The translations under genes and the position numbers were made by a program. Under the pieces are notes generated by a model, which was given only the letters and a program-made list of their open reading frames with translations, did no database searches and had not been told where the DNA came from. A stretch of 64,000 nt of DNA from the human T2T-CHM13v2.0 reference genome, Homo sapiens: the NCBI RefSeq assembly GCF_009914755.1, contig NC_060928.1. The stretch is one strand, 5' to 3'. Shown piece after piece: positions 41,037 through 56,549 of the stretch (its first letter is position 1; each line of letters starts with the position of its first letter).

Positions 41037-41934
41037 ATAAAAGGTATTCTTTATCAGATTTTAATACGTTATATAGTTCTTCAATTTTTGTCATTTTCCC
41101 TTTAACTTTTGAATTGTGCTTTTGCCATATGCATTCAAATTATTTTTTCAGATTAAAAAAATGGTTTCTGACCTTGTAAACATGCTTACAAAGTTCTCCA
41201 CTTATCTCTGCTCTCCACGAAGAGATGGTAGCTTTTAAACAAGCCTATGAACAATGCTTTGTCAAACTTCCATGACTATTCTTGATACACTTTTGAACTA
41301 AAAGAGCAGAGGCAGAAAATAGAAGCAGTAAAGCTTAAATTACAATGGAACAACATCCTATATGTTTTTGCTTACTAAGATTGACTTGCTTTTGCTAATT
41401 TGTCACAGATTATGACAAGTCCAGTGAAGCCGCCAAATATACACTGATGCTGACATGCATGCTTATTCTTCTTCATTTCAATGCTCAGATTCATTTGGAT
41501 CCCTGTTTCCTTTGGGAGAGCTCTGAACAGACAAACTCTCCTGACTTCAAGCTCCTTTCTCTGAGCTTCCCTGGGCATCTTGGATGCTTAATGCAGTTTA
41601 TTTAACTAGAGTGGCTATAAAGCAGAGCTGAGGCAAGAACTTCTTTGTTAACAGAGTGTTTCTCAGAGAATTGTTTGGGATGCAACAGTCATGGATCCAT
41701 AGCGGGTGGTGGAGGTATATTACCTCAACTCAGGATCATCATCTTTTCACAGGCTAAAAGTCGTGGAACGATTGGCTTCTCTCAATTTCATAGTGGAGCA
41801 TGCACTTTGCACAAGAGAAGTCCATTTTACCCAAATGGGATTATTTCCTATAGCAAGATAATAGCCAATAGGAAAACCTCGCCAATGTTAGAAATCCACT
41901 GTACTAGACATAAGTCTCAGTGTCTGGAGTATAT

Positions 41935-42490
41935 TTCAGTTGTTTGTGCCTGCCCAGCACCCATTTAACCTTTTTGCTTTGATGGAACTTTGATATTCCT
42001 TCAGGAAATCTTACCATCCTCACTTTCCAAATATATAATTCCAAAACAGAGAGTGGAGCCCATCCCCTGAAGCTAGCACAGACATAGGAGCCAGACCTAG
42101 CCAATCAGAGCCATCCATTCACTATGGCTCCAGTGATTGGTTCAAAAACGGACACACGGCCCAAACTAAACCAATAAAACTCAATACCTAGACTTTCACA
42201 TTCTTGGAAAAGAAATACATCCTTTCCACTGAAGATACCAAGCTGATGAGTTGAGAGCCTGGGACATTTGGTTACAACCTTGCTCCATCCTGGCTGAGCA
42301 TGACTGAATGAAAGCAGCCTAGAAAGTCTTCCAAGAAACAGCACATGGCTTAGTCCTGATGACAATAGTGACTCCCTAGACTGACTCATGCCTGAAATTG
42401 GTATCCCCTAAAACTATTTCCAGAGCCAATAAACTCCCTTTTCTGCGTAATTCCATGTGAGATGAATTTTTACCACCTGAGTAATATTGT
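41935..42490 (+). mobile_element. Old MLT1 (K/L-like) LTR
   Basis: GCCAATCAGAG...CAGTGATTGGTTCA...CCCAAACTAAACCAAT...GAGCCAATAAACTCCCTTT. Confidence 0.65.
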
Positions 42491-42534
42491 TTTAAATGAC
42501 AGCTTCTTATTAGCTCTGAACACCTTAGCAATAA

Positions 42535-42710
42535 TGTCAAGAGTGGAAGGAGTACTGGTTTGGGAGTCTGGGTTGTAGTCCTACCTCCACTCACTACTTT
42601 CACATCCTTGGGCTAATCGCTTTATCTGTGTGGGCTCACTTTTCTCATCTGTGAAAGAGGTTATTGGAAGAGAGGAATTCTAAATGTCCCTTTGAAGGCC
42701 ATAAGTCTTG
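42535..42710 (+). mobile_element. MIR/MIR3 fragment
   Basis: CTGGGTTGTAGTCCT...CCTTGGGC...GGGCTCACTTTTCTCATCTGTGAAA. Confidence 0.65.
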
Positions 42711-43510
42711 TCTCTGTGATAACATTGTATCAACACTTCAAGTTAATCTGAGGTTCTGGCTCCAACTGCCACCTCCACAACCCAGTGACAAACAACACTG
42801 ATTTATCTTAAAAGTTGAAAACTAAAAGGTCCATAATATACTTTTAGAAACTAGAAGATAGAACAAAAACTCTGTAAAACATTGCTAGGATGTAGATTTC
42901 TCCAGAAGTGTATTAATGAGGTGAGTAATATATTAATACATTAACTATGGTAACTATTGTATAGATTAGTCATAAATATTTTGTTTTAAAAAGGTCTGCC
43001 ACTCCAGTTTTGCTGAGCTAAAGTAAACGAAGATCCGAGTTATGTCAACAGATGACACAAGTGTTCAGCAGTGAGGCTGTTTGTTCTGAGGAGGGAAACA
43101 GGAAGGGAAGCTGGTCCCACTCCCAGTTCTTCTTCATCAGACCTCCGTTATTTATTTGATGAATTAGCAATCCTCACAACTTCAGACACGATCACAAAAT
43201 GATATTTTGGAAATGCTACTCGGACTGTATAATTCTTCCAACCCTTCGTTGATTCCCAAGTGCCTTCGGGACAAAGTGCAAACCCGTTGGCGTGGCACAT
43301 GAGCCCTCTGTTATGTGAGCCTGGCTCTAATTCCACATCCCAGTGTCATCTCCTCCCACTCCTCTTTATGTGCCTTACCTAAACTAAGTAAAGAGGTTAA
43401 TGCATAGAAAATGCTAAACATCTGGCATAATTTCTGGCATTTAGTAAAGGCTTATTATACATGTTGGCTGTCATTATGGCACACTAGTTATACTCACAGT
43501 TCCCTAAAGG

Positions 43511-43995
43511 TGCAGTACTGGTCCTGGATCTGTTTGCCCTGAATCCATCCTCCCTCTTTGCCTGCTGTGTTTTAGTTCACGATGGCTGATCCTTGCAGGC
43601 TGCAGTTCACAGGCTCTTGTGTCTCAGACTTCCAGCTGGTTGGGTTAGGCCAGGAAGACACACTGGCAAAAAATGGAGGGTAGAAAGGAGGGAGAAGCCA
43701 GGGTATTTCTCTCCTTGTTTCCTTGGGTGATTTCTGCAGCAGTGACTGTCTTCTCTGTAGTTCCAGCTCTTGCCAAAACAGGTCCACTGTGGTTCAGCTT
43801 CTGGTTCCTTCTTTTTTCCTTTAGCAGAGTCGGTAGTGGCTTCCTGCTTCTTGATGCTAATCTCTGCATTGCCTCATCACTCGTGTTAACTCTCAGCAGC
43901 TCTCTCTACCATATAGCCAATCCCCTGCTTTCCATTCCCTGTGCTGTACATCCTTAAAGAGGTGCCTGTTTTCCTGGAGACACCCTGACTGGTTT
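43511..43995 (+). mobile_element. LTR33-like ERVL solo LTR inside a degraded L2 (~43180-44320)
   Basis: GGAGGGAGAAGCCAGGGTATTTCTC...GTAGTGGCTTCCTGCT...CTGTTTTCCTG...ACCCTGACTG. Confidence 0.7.
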
Positions 43996-44455
43996 GCATA
44001 GCACACTCTCATACCTTGGACCTTTGGCTTTTGCCTTATTTCAGCCTCCTCATCCTTAAGACCAACTCCTAGCCATCCTTTCTTCTACCATCTTTGTTCT
44101 ACCACCATCTCCTCTTGGAAGCTGTCTCAGTTTCTCCACCTGCCACTTCCTGAAGCGTGAGTTGGGTATTCCTCTTCTAAACGCCTCTCTCCTAACAAGT
44201 GGTTTGTTCTTGGAAAACTCCAGTACAGATTTAATTTTCTTAAGAGCAAGTGCACTGTCTTACACAACATGGTATCTCAAAACCATCCTATGGAAGATGT
44301 TTTCTGAAAGAACGACTAAATGCATAATTCAATAAACACTTTTCAAATCCAGATAAAAATCAATGCAAACTGTCCTTGTGGCAGACAAGGGACAGTTTAC
44401 AATGATTCACTCAATATGATTATTGAGTTACTCATTCAATAATGATATCCACCCC

Positions 44456-44459
<4 letters not shown>

Positions 44460-44486
<27 letters not shown>
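44460..44486. repeat. T27 mononucleotide run
   Basis: Read directly from sequence. Confidence 0.95.
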
Positions 44487-44867
44487 GGCCAATAGAGCTC
44501 TAGTTCTGTTTGGAACATCAATGTGCCCAGCTCTGAGAAGTACTTGTTTTCCCAGCCTCCCTTGCAGCTCAAGGTGGCCATGTGACAGTGCTGTTGATGG
44601 AACAAGTGGAAGACTGCAGGGGAGGATTCCAGGAGGGAAAAAGCCACTCTCTCTTTCCACCCTGGTTTTTCTGTGCCTTGAATGTTCATGTGATATCTGG
44701 AGCTATTGCAGCTAATATGAAACTATGAGACAATAAGTGTTGGGGGAAATCTGACACATTAAGATAGCAAAGCAAAAGATAGAAAGAGTATGGTTCTCTT
44801 ATGGCCTCTTTATCTCTTTTTTCTTCTTCTTACGGTCTCTTATTGTTTCTTTATCTCTCTCTCTCTC

Positions 44868-45152
44868 TTTTTTTTTTCTTTTTGACAGGGTATTGCTCTG
44901 TCACCCCAGCTAGAGTGCAGTGGTGCAATCCTGGCTCACTACAGCCTCAATCTCCTGAGCTCCAGTGATCCATCTCAGCTTCCTGAGCAGCTGGTACTAC
45001 AGGCTCATTTTGCCATGCCCAGCTAATTTTTATTATTTGAAGATGGGGTTCTGCCATGTTTCCCAGGCTGGTCTCAAACCCCTGGGCTCAAGCAGTCCTC
45101 TCTTCTTGGCCTGCCAAAGTGCTGGGATTACAGGTGTGAGCCACTGCACCTG
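44868..45152 (-). mobile_element. AluJ
   Basis: Diverged antisense Alu (CTGGGCTCAAGCAGTCCTC). Confidence 0.9.
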
Positions 45153-45722
45153 TACTGGGTTCACTGGGTTTCTTGATATGAGAGAAAAATAAACTCTTCC
45201 CTTCAATTCATTGTTTTTGATTTTTGTCACTTACAGCCAAGTACATTTCTAACAGATAGGATATGCCATTTAGGGATAATCTATTGCTGTTCTTTTTGGT
45301 CATTCCAGTAAAGGATGACAGAGCCACAACTTTATTATCTAGTACCTGTGACTAATTTGAGGAGCCCAAAGAAAATAATAGGATGATGAGCATGATGGTT
45401 AATTTTACGTGTCAACTTAGCTAAGCCGTAGTAGTACCCAGGTATTTGATCAAACACCAGTCTAGATGTTGTTGCTATAAAAATAATTTTAGATGAGATT
45501 GACATTTAAATTAGTAGGCTTCAGGTAAGGCAGATCCATAATATGGGTGAGCCTCATCCAATCAGTTGAAGACTTTATGAGAAAAAGACTGGCATCCCCG
45601 AGAAAGAGAATTCTGCTTGCAGGCTGACTCTGGACTCAAGCTGCAATAGCAACTCTTTCCTGGGTTTCCAGCCTGCTGGCCTGACCTGTAGATTTTAGAT
45701 TTGCCAGCCCACAATTGTGTGA

Positions 45723-46028
<306 letters not shown>

Positions 46029-46068
46029 TACTTTGTAAAACAAAACTCTGTCTGTCTTTATATATCCC

Positions 46069-46130
46069 TTTCTCTCTCTCTCTCTCTCTCCCTCCACACA
46101 CACAAACACACACACAGACACACACACACA
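46069..46130. repeat. Compound (CT)n(CA)n microsatellite
   Basis: Read directly; at the usual simple-repeat position of MLT2 LTRs. Confidence 0.9.
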
Positions 46131-47123
46131 TCACCAATAGAAAGTATAGATTTTCTTAAGAGCAACCACACTGTCTTATATATCCATCAATTGGTTCTGT
46201 TTTGCTGGATAAACCTGACTAATACATTGTATATAAAGAAACTTAGGGAAAGAATGAGCTTTGAGCAGGAAACAAGGAGCCCTTGGGATTTATGCCTTAG
46301 TATAATAGAAACCATGAAGGATTATCATTCCAAATTTTATTAAGCATGTTTATAATTTTTTTCTTTTCGATATTTTGGCCAAAGAAAAACCTGATCTATC
46401 ATCTTCATCTCTTTTGATGAAGAAGTAGCCTACATTCCTTCCAGGCTCAATTTTATTAAACTTCAGCACTTTCCTTCTCTCCTCTGTGGAGTCGCATCTG
46501 TTAGGACCCAGTGGCAAGCATCTTCACAAGCCAGTTTTCTGCCAAATGCAGATGGGAGTCTCCTGGCCATGGGGTCTGCATTTACTGATCTGATTCTATC
46601 ATCCAGGGGGGTTCTTCTTGTTGTCAGAGTGGAACTGTAGCCTCTTCTTCTGCTGCTTGGAATGAAAGGTTATGGTATGAAAAGAGTCTGTCAATGGGAA
46701 TAAATTATTTGTGAAATCAGATTTTAGCATTTTAACTTCTGAGCATCTTGCTGGATTGGATTGCTGAAAAATGACAGCATCTCTGAGTCGTGGAATGAAA
46801 GGCATATCAAAGTGCAGATGTGAATCTAGTTCTCACTTGTTCTTCCCTAATGGTTGAATACTGTGAAAAAGGCTGGCTTCAGGCAGAATCAGACAGTGTG
46901 GAGATTTGATTCAGGCATCCAGGTCTATTTTATGTCTTTCAGCCATTTAGTCCCTTCAGTGGGTCCTCTCCTCTGTGACCATCACTGCCATCTCTCCTCT
47001 CCTGACAGAGACAGAGGCAGAGGCACAGAAGAGAGAAAACCCCTTCCCCCCTCAGAACCCTTCCCCTCCCAGAGCCTCCTTTATGCAGATGATAATTTAA
47101 TCAGAAAACTGAGTCTCATTAAA

Positions 47124-47328
47124 CGCAGGTTGGCAAATTGTCGTTCTTGAGCCCAATGTGGCCTGCTTACCCTCTCCAGTTAAAAAAAAAATGTGTTTCA
47201 TATTTTTTAAATGTTATTATAAATTTTAAAAAGAAGGAGAAAAATATGTAAGGAAGACCACATGTAGCCTATAAAACCGAGAATATTTATTCTCTGGCCC
47301 TTTGCAGATAGTTTGCTTAGCGCCCTTG
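47124..47328. mobile_element. MER58 (hAT-Charlie)
   Basis: GGTTGGCAAA... start and AATATTTATTCTCTGGCCCTTTGCAGA...GTTTGC end. Confidence 0.75.
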
Positions 47329-47584
47329 ATTCTAGAGGGTGAAGCTTTTAGCAGTGGAATTGTAGGCATGAGTGAAGGCATGGAAGAATTTTGTGGTATG
47401 AGGCTTTGGCCAGCCCTGTTTAGTTTGTTTAAAAACAAACTAAAAAAAAAACATACACCGATAAGTTGTGGAAGTTTTTTAATAACTCGTCCACAGGAAA
47501 CGGATGCGTTGTTGACAGATTTCTGTGGCTGGGGAAGAGCCTGCTGCCTTTATTATCATGGATTCTCCTGACTATTTCACAGTA

Positions 47585-47815
47585 GCTGTTTCTGTTAATA
47601 TATACCTACCTTGAACCAGGTAGTGCCCAAGGTACTTTTCATACATTTAGCCTGCGTAATCCCCACAACACTCTAAGAGGTAGGTGTAGTTACTATCCCC
47701 ATTTTGCAAATAAGTAAAACAGATCTTAGAGATTGAATTGGTCAAAGACACACAACTGGTTAGCAATTTGGGACCACTGGCACCAACATGTAACCACCAC
47801 CCTATACTGCTTTTT
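47585..47815 (-). mobile_element. MIR
   Basis: TAATCCCCACAACACTCT...GAGGTAGG...CCCCATTTTGCAAATAAGTAAA. Confidence 0.75.
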
Positions 47816-48392
47816 AGCTCTGATGAAAGGAGCATGACAGGTTTTCTTTCTATAGCCCAGTGGAAGGTTCTTGATTCTTAAGCCTGCTTACCAGGCTCCT
47901 CTGTTTTCCATCCTCTGGCTCCAGCCCTCTGCAGCCCACCTTCTCTCCTAACATAGGTCCCAGTGTGGGGGTGGAGGGAGACGCAGGCAGTGCAATCATC
48001 GAGCTGTGTTGTGCAACCATATAATATATCCCAGTCCTTCAGGAAGTTTGACAAACTGGAATATGTGTTTAGATTTCTAAACTCGGAGGCATTTCAGAGC
48101 AAAGAGGATCTGGCTGTGTCCTCCAGATGGTTACAAATGGTTTTACTCTCCTGTGTTTGGTTGGCTTGCAGCTGCCACAGGAATACAGCTGTTTACAGAG
48201 TCTGCAAAAGGGAATATGCAGGGAATGTCAATGTCATCGGCCTGCTTCTTTCTCCCTCAGGAAGGGAGAACAGTCTGGCCTGAGAGTGTCTGATGTGAGA
48301 ACACATCCAACAGGATCAGGAAGAATTTATTGAGCGGTCACAGAGGGTTTGAAGCCCCAACACAAGCCTGGAATGCAGTGTGCCAATGGGCA

Positions 48393-49155
<763 letters not shown>

Positions 49156-49264
49156 TAGGAGAGAAAAAGAGAGGACAGGTCAGAGAAGGAACCAGTTGCC
49201 TACACAGAGATTCTACCATCAATCAGGCCAGCCTTTAATCATATTTTTTGGTCAAGGGGAAATG

Positions 49265-49671
49265 CATCATTTGCCATTAGTAGTGAGTATCAAAGATACA
49301 GTGACCTCAACAATGCAGGTGCTTATATTTACCATGTAATGAAAAGTTAAGAGATAGACAGCCTAAGACTATTATGCTGTCTCATCATCACCCGGGATTC
49401 AGGCACTGTCTATCCTTCTGCCCCTCATCTGTCAATTTGGCCGTAGTCCAAGGCTTCCATTCTTAATATGGCCACATGATTCAACTAGGGTGCTGGAGCT
49501 TCAGCCATCCTATCTCTATTTCAGGCAGGAAAAAAAGATGGGAAGGGTAAATGGCAAGTGCCTGCTGAACTAGCCTACTTACAGAGCTTCGGAGAGGGCA
49601 TCCCAGTGCTTACATCTCACTGGCCAGAACACAATAACCCCTACCTGTAAGGCCAACTGGGAAAAATAGGG

Positions 49672-49715
<44 letters not shown>

Positions 49716-49800
49716 TATAGTTGTTAGATGTGCTGCTAAAGTGAATAAAATGAAGGGATAATTAGTAAGGATGTGGGTAGGCAACTAGCACTCTCTACCA
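49265..49800 (-). mobile_element. Old MLT1 LTR containing a TG microsatellite
   Basis: TGCTGGAGCTTCAGCCATC...TTACATCTCACTGGCCAGAAC...GGGTAGGCAACTAGCA. Confidence 0.6.
49673..49714. repeat. (TG)21 perfect microsatellite
   Basis: Read directly from sequence. Confidence 0.95.
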
Positions 49801-49884
49801 CGGGGGCTCTATAAGTCATAAAAGTTTTTGTACCCATGTGGCAAAGGCAGAGAACACTCCTTTATCTTATAATAAAAACAAAAA

Positions 49885-50140
49885 TAGTTAACATTTACTT
49901 AGTGCTCAGCACATACCAGGCTCTGGGCTTGGTTCATTACAGATTCATTAAACCTCACAACAGCTCTTCGACCCTGGTTCTATGACAGCATTCCCATTTC
50001 CAAATGCAAACCTGAGGCTCAAGGGAGGTCAAGCAATTTTCCAAGGGTCACCAGGCTGGAAAGTTGCAGAACCAGAATTTGAACCAGATCTGTCCATTGG
50101 GAATCCAAGCTTCATAATTGCGGGACCACATGGCTATGCT
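49885..50140 (-). mobile_element. MIR
   Basis: AACATTTACTTAGTGCT...CCTCACAACAGC...CTGAGGCTCA...ATTTGAACCAGATCTG. Confidence 0.78.
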
Positions 50141-51680
50141 GTGCTGGGGCCTTGAAGGGGCTTGAGGGGAGGACTCAGCTCCTTCTGTAAGCACAGTGAC
50201 TACATGGCGGCAAGGGTGCCCTGTCTTCCTTTTTACATTTATTAGACATGCAGTATTGACTTGGCAAATCTCTGTGTTGTGTTTCACTCCTCCTTTAAAA
50301 ATCCTTTCTTAATCTTTCCACCTCCTGCTTAGCTCACAGCCTCCCACATATATATAACCCCTTGGTTGTGCTTTACTGATTGCTGGCTGATTGACACATG
50401 GAGTGGCATATGGATTCTCCCAGACACAGCCCACTGGCCATGGTGCAGCTCTCAGCTTGGGAAACCTCTGCTCCTTCCCAGTGCCTGGGCGTTCTGCTTA
50501 CTTCCTACCTGCATGCCTTTTTACCTACCAGTTCTTTTTTCTGGAATCCTCTCCCTTTTCTCTGCTTATCCTAAACTCAAGCTGCTTCCTCCAAGACCCA
50601 AATCAAGTGTCCTTTCATTAGGACGCCTTCTTTCTCAGACCACACTTGCTGGCAGTTCTCTCTCCTGTCTTCTCTCCCTCCCCTCTCCCTTTCAATCTCC
50701 CTCACTGCTTTAATTCTCAGCACCTCTTTTTGTACCACTCAGCCTTGGGTTGCCTCATGTTTTTGTCCTTATGGCCTACATTAGGCTGTACATATCTTGA
50801 AGGCCAGTAGTGCATCTCATGCTTCTTTATGTCCCTGGATTCTCCCCACACCCTCATCACCTTCATTCCCACCTCCCTCCTCCACCTGAAATGCAATCAC
50901 AGTGCCTCTTAGCACCACCTCAGTGAGTTATGGACCCCCCCTAAAGAGCTCTAACACACAAATACACACATGTTCCATGAGCATGCACATGCTACAATCC
51001 AGCTCCCTTAGCCAGGATACCAATGATAAAGACGGGGTCATGCCAAACAGGAGCAGGTGCAACTCATCTTGACGTGGTTTATCCTTCCCTCCTGGGCCCC
51101 CTTCTGATGCACAGCTGCCGGCAGCCCTCCGTGCATATGGGGCCCTGCCAGAGTTGAGAAAATAGCACAGGACTTGTTTGGCCACTGTCCTTTTAGCCTT
51201 AGCTCACCCCAACCTACAGGAAAGACTTACACTACTAACAATCCACTTACTTCCATTTGTGGGACTGTTTACAAGCATCAGGCTCTCCTGGATTTGACCT
51301 GGACTTAGAAGCAGTGAGACCACACCCTCATCTGTGGTGGGAAATGATGAAGCCGTGCCCAGTATACCCTGTACAACATCTTTGTTCTCCAGTATCCCTG
51401 AAAGCCCATTTTTCCTGAACTTTACCAAGTGACTGACATTTCTGTGTCTCATTACTACCTAAGTGAGGCCTCCAACAGAGTGGAACTCAAAGAGTCTTAG
51501 CAAGGACATGAGGCCAACAGTACAGCATGACCAAGCAAACTGTGTTTTCCTGGACTCTTCTGATGATACCCAGGAAAGATGAAGCTCATGCCCAGGTGGG
51601 CTTGCTGCCTCTCCCTACCTTTGCTTTCTGCCCTGGGCTTCTGAGTTGGCTTCACAGATTAGTGTTGGGAGGAACAGGCT

Positions 51681-51750
51681 CTTTGTTATCCATTGTTAAC
51701 ATCCTTTGTTAATCCATTGTTAACAATACCCTTTGTTCATCCATTGAATA
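51681..51750. repeat. Three-copy ~23-27 bp tandem repeat, unit CTTTGTT(A/C)ATCCATTGTTAACA
   Basis: Copies start at 51681, 51704 and 51731. Confidence 0.85.
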
Positions 51751-52414
51751 GTCCTCCTTCATCCACTCCATTGTGAGTGACTGCATTTAACTGGATGTGG
51801 GCTAGCCCAAATCCCATCCCATTCAGTCTTAATAGGAGTAAGATGGAGAGGATGTTAAACTAAGATATTCCCAGAGATATTGCTTTAATACCCTGAACAC
51901 TCCTTGTGATTCACCTAGAGCCTGCAGCTGAATAAAGACTTAAACTGTCACGGACTGGACTGCATTTATTAGACATGTGCCTATGTTCCATAAATGGGAT
52001 AAGCCCCTGATAGGTGAGTCAGCGACTGTCTAATGGATCTGATGCCATCTCAGGCACCTATTCAGGTCCTGGAGTCAGGAGCATCTTAGTCCACCTTCTT
52101 GTCTTTGGATACCCACCAACCCCTCCCTGGAGCCTCACACTCAGTTACCAAGTCCTGTAGATTACTCTTTTGCAAAGGCAAACTTTGCCTTCCTATCTGT
52201 CATCACCACCACTCCAGGTAAGGCATTTATCTCCTCACACATGGAGGGTGAAGGAGTCAGAAGCAACACTGCAATTTGCCTTCACTGTACCTCCCTCTAC
52301 CTCCAAGTCCCTATGTATCTACACCTTCCTTCTCCTCCTCTCCTCCTCATCTTATCTACCTGTTTGCTCTGCCCCAGTTGTCCCCACTCTCTCTCTCCCT
52401 CACTCTATTGTCTC

Positions 52415-52905
52415 TCATTCTTTCTCTATTGAGGAATAAATTACAGATCTTATATGGGGAACTTGATGAGCTTTGACATAGGCATGCATCCTCATTACCA
52501 CCACCCAGCCATGACATGGCATCCCTGGCACCTAGAAGGCTCCACTGTGGATTTTCCCAGCTAGTTGCCTCTTTGGGGGCGACCATTATTTTGGCCTCTA
52601 TCATCATAGGTTATTTGTAGCTATTTTTAAACTTCGTATAAATGCAATCGTGCAATAGCAACTCTTTTGTGTTTAAACTATTTTAGTTTTGTACTTCTTT
52701 TACTCAGCATCATGTCTTTGTGATTCATCCATGTTATTCATAAAATATCATTATTTTGTTTTTTCTTTGCTGTGTAACATTTGTTGTATGAATGAATATG
52801 TCATAATTTATGTACTCATCCCTTTCTGGTAGATATTTCAGTTGTTTCTAGTGTGAGGCTATTACAAATAAAGCTGCTATGAGCATTCTTGTTCAAGTCT
52901 TTATG
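52415..52905 (-). mobile_element. Old L1M 3' fragment
   Basis: TTTACTCAGCATCATGTCTTTGTGATTCATCCATGTT...GCTATTACAAATAAAGCTGCTATGAGCATTCTTGT. Confidence 0.75.
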
Positions 52906-53354
52906 TGCTCTTAATGGCTTTCCCTACCAATTCTCCACTCTAGTTTTCAAACCCTCCCTTTCCCCCTTTTATCTTCCTTTCAGCCTACACACAGGGCTAG
53001 AGCTCTTCTAACTTAAAAGAAAAAAAAAATTCTTCATTCAACCATAGACTACCTATTTGCCATTCTTCCTGTCTCCTTCCCTTGTTCACCAAATTTCCTC
53101 TTGGAAGTACAGTAGAACCCTGTTGTCGCCATTTCTGCAGTGCCCACCTAAGGCCTAATCTCTTGTAAGGCTAGACCTGCCTTTCCTCCTGTCTCCCAGG
53201 CTACCGTATTAGCCCCGCTTCACCTCACACTCAAACATATGTACGTCTCCTCTACTGGAGCTAGTGGTACAATGACACCTGGGATGCTGTTTGTCCTCCC
53301 ACCTCTCTTGTCCGCAGACCCAATCCTGCCCTCTGAAATTGACTACTAATATTA

Positions 53355-53969
<615 letters not shown>

Positions 53970-55194
53970 CTAATATTACCTCCTTTCTTCCCTCACCTGG
54001 GAATCATCCCACCCCCGCTGCTTGTCGTTCGAGCCTCTTACTGCATTTACCCCTCTCCACCTCCCATTATAGTTCCTTGGAAGTATGTCCCACTTTGTAC
54101 CTGGCCTGGAGTCTCTGACAGTGTAACCTGTGTCTAAGTTGTCCCTGATTTATCCCAGCACCTAGCACAGTGATGGCACTGAGAAGATGTTATTAAATGA
54201 CCACTTCCTCACTTTATCTGTATTATGAAAATGTCACCTCTGAAGTTCATCTGAAAAGTGTAAAGCTAATGAACAAGATGAAGAAATCCCTTTTTTGACA
54301 TGGTTGTCAGAATTAACAGACTCACATGGCCTTGGGGTTGGTGAGTATGTTAGTACCTGAGTGTGTGGGGCTATTTGAGACCACTCAGCGAGTCTCAGGG
54401 ATTCAGGAAGTTGCAAAGGCCCACTTAGTCCTGATTCAACCCTACTGAGGATGACAATACTTACAGGAGAACAGAAGAGGGAAGCCCTGGGCAGGCGGCT
54501 GACTGCAGCTCATCCAGCCTCGCAGAATTTCCTTGTGATGTCTCATGGTCTATTTTTTTATCCTGATATTTTTACTATTTGCTGACAGCTGGTTTTTCTA
54601 TTTGATTTCTGTCCATGCGCACCAGATTGGGATCAAAAGGAACCAAGTTTATCCTTCACTTTCTTCCTCATGGTCTTGAAATGCAAGCAACCTAACCAAA
54701 CCCATGATTTACCAAAAGTTAGGTGGGTATGATGTCATTTTTGGATGCCAAACACTAAATTTTGTTACCATAGAATAACCCTGTAGAACTCTGCCCAGCA
54801 GCCATGGAAATCATGTCCTGTAGGGGAACACAGCCTTCTTTGTAACACCTATGTGAAGGCATTTTCATTCCCTCCGTGGGCCATCCTTAAGAGACTGGCT
54901 GTGAATTACCCTCTCCTTTCCAATGAACACTACCAAAAGGGCAACATTCTCAGTTTGTCCAGAACAAACATTTCGGAAGAAGGGTTAGTTTAACGACTTC
55001 TTAGTTTCACCTTTTAATCCAGAAATATTTTTTATTCCATGATCTGAATATCAACCTTGGTTTTTATCGTCAAGAGAGAAAAGAAAAGGTGATAAAAATC
55101 TGTTTGAGACACCTCCAAGATGAGACTTGCCATTAGGAATCCCTGACATTTCTGGGAGGAAAAATAAAGATGATTAAGCTTTTACAAATATAAA

Positions 55195-56180
<986 letters not shown>

Positions 56181-56549
56181 AAAAATGATTGTTTTTTGAA
56201 ACAAACTTGACAGACACCGTCTCTGATCCTCCACCATTATAAACAAAGCTTCAGCACAACAGCAGGATTAAATACTCTGAAGAGGATTGTTCTGTGTACT
56301 GTGGAGGAGGATACAGAGAAGAGGGATACAGAGGATAAGGTGTCTCTGACCTTCTTTCATTATATGGAAAAGAAAGTCAACATGTCAACTCACTGAGAAA
56401 CACACCAACATGTAATATGTGGCAGCATGTACAAGAGAAATTCTAAAATGAAGAAGTGGAAGTTAAAAAGCTACAAAAAAAATTAAAACACACACATAAC
56501 AGAAGGAAAGAGTAAGAAAAGGTGTGACCTACTTTGAAAGTTAACATGT

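Larger units (their letters stand above)
44377..45260 (+). mobile_element. MLT1 (I/J-like) LTR containing a T27 run and an AluJ
   Basis: TGTGGCAGAC start; TTTCCCAGCCTCCCTTGCAGCT...GGTGGCCATGTGAC; GAGAAAAATAAAC...CACTTACAGCCAA end. Confidence 0.75.
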
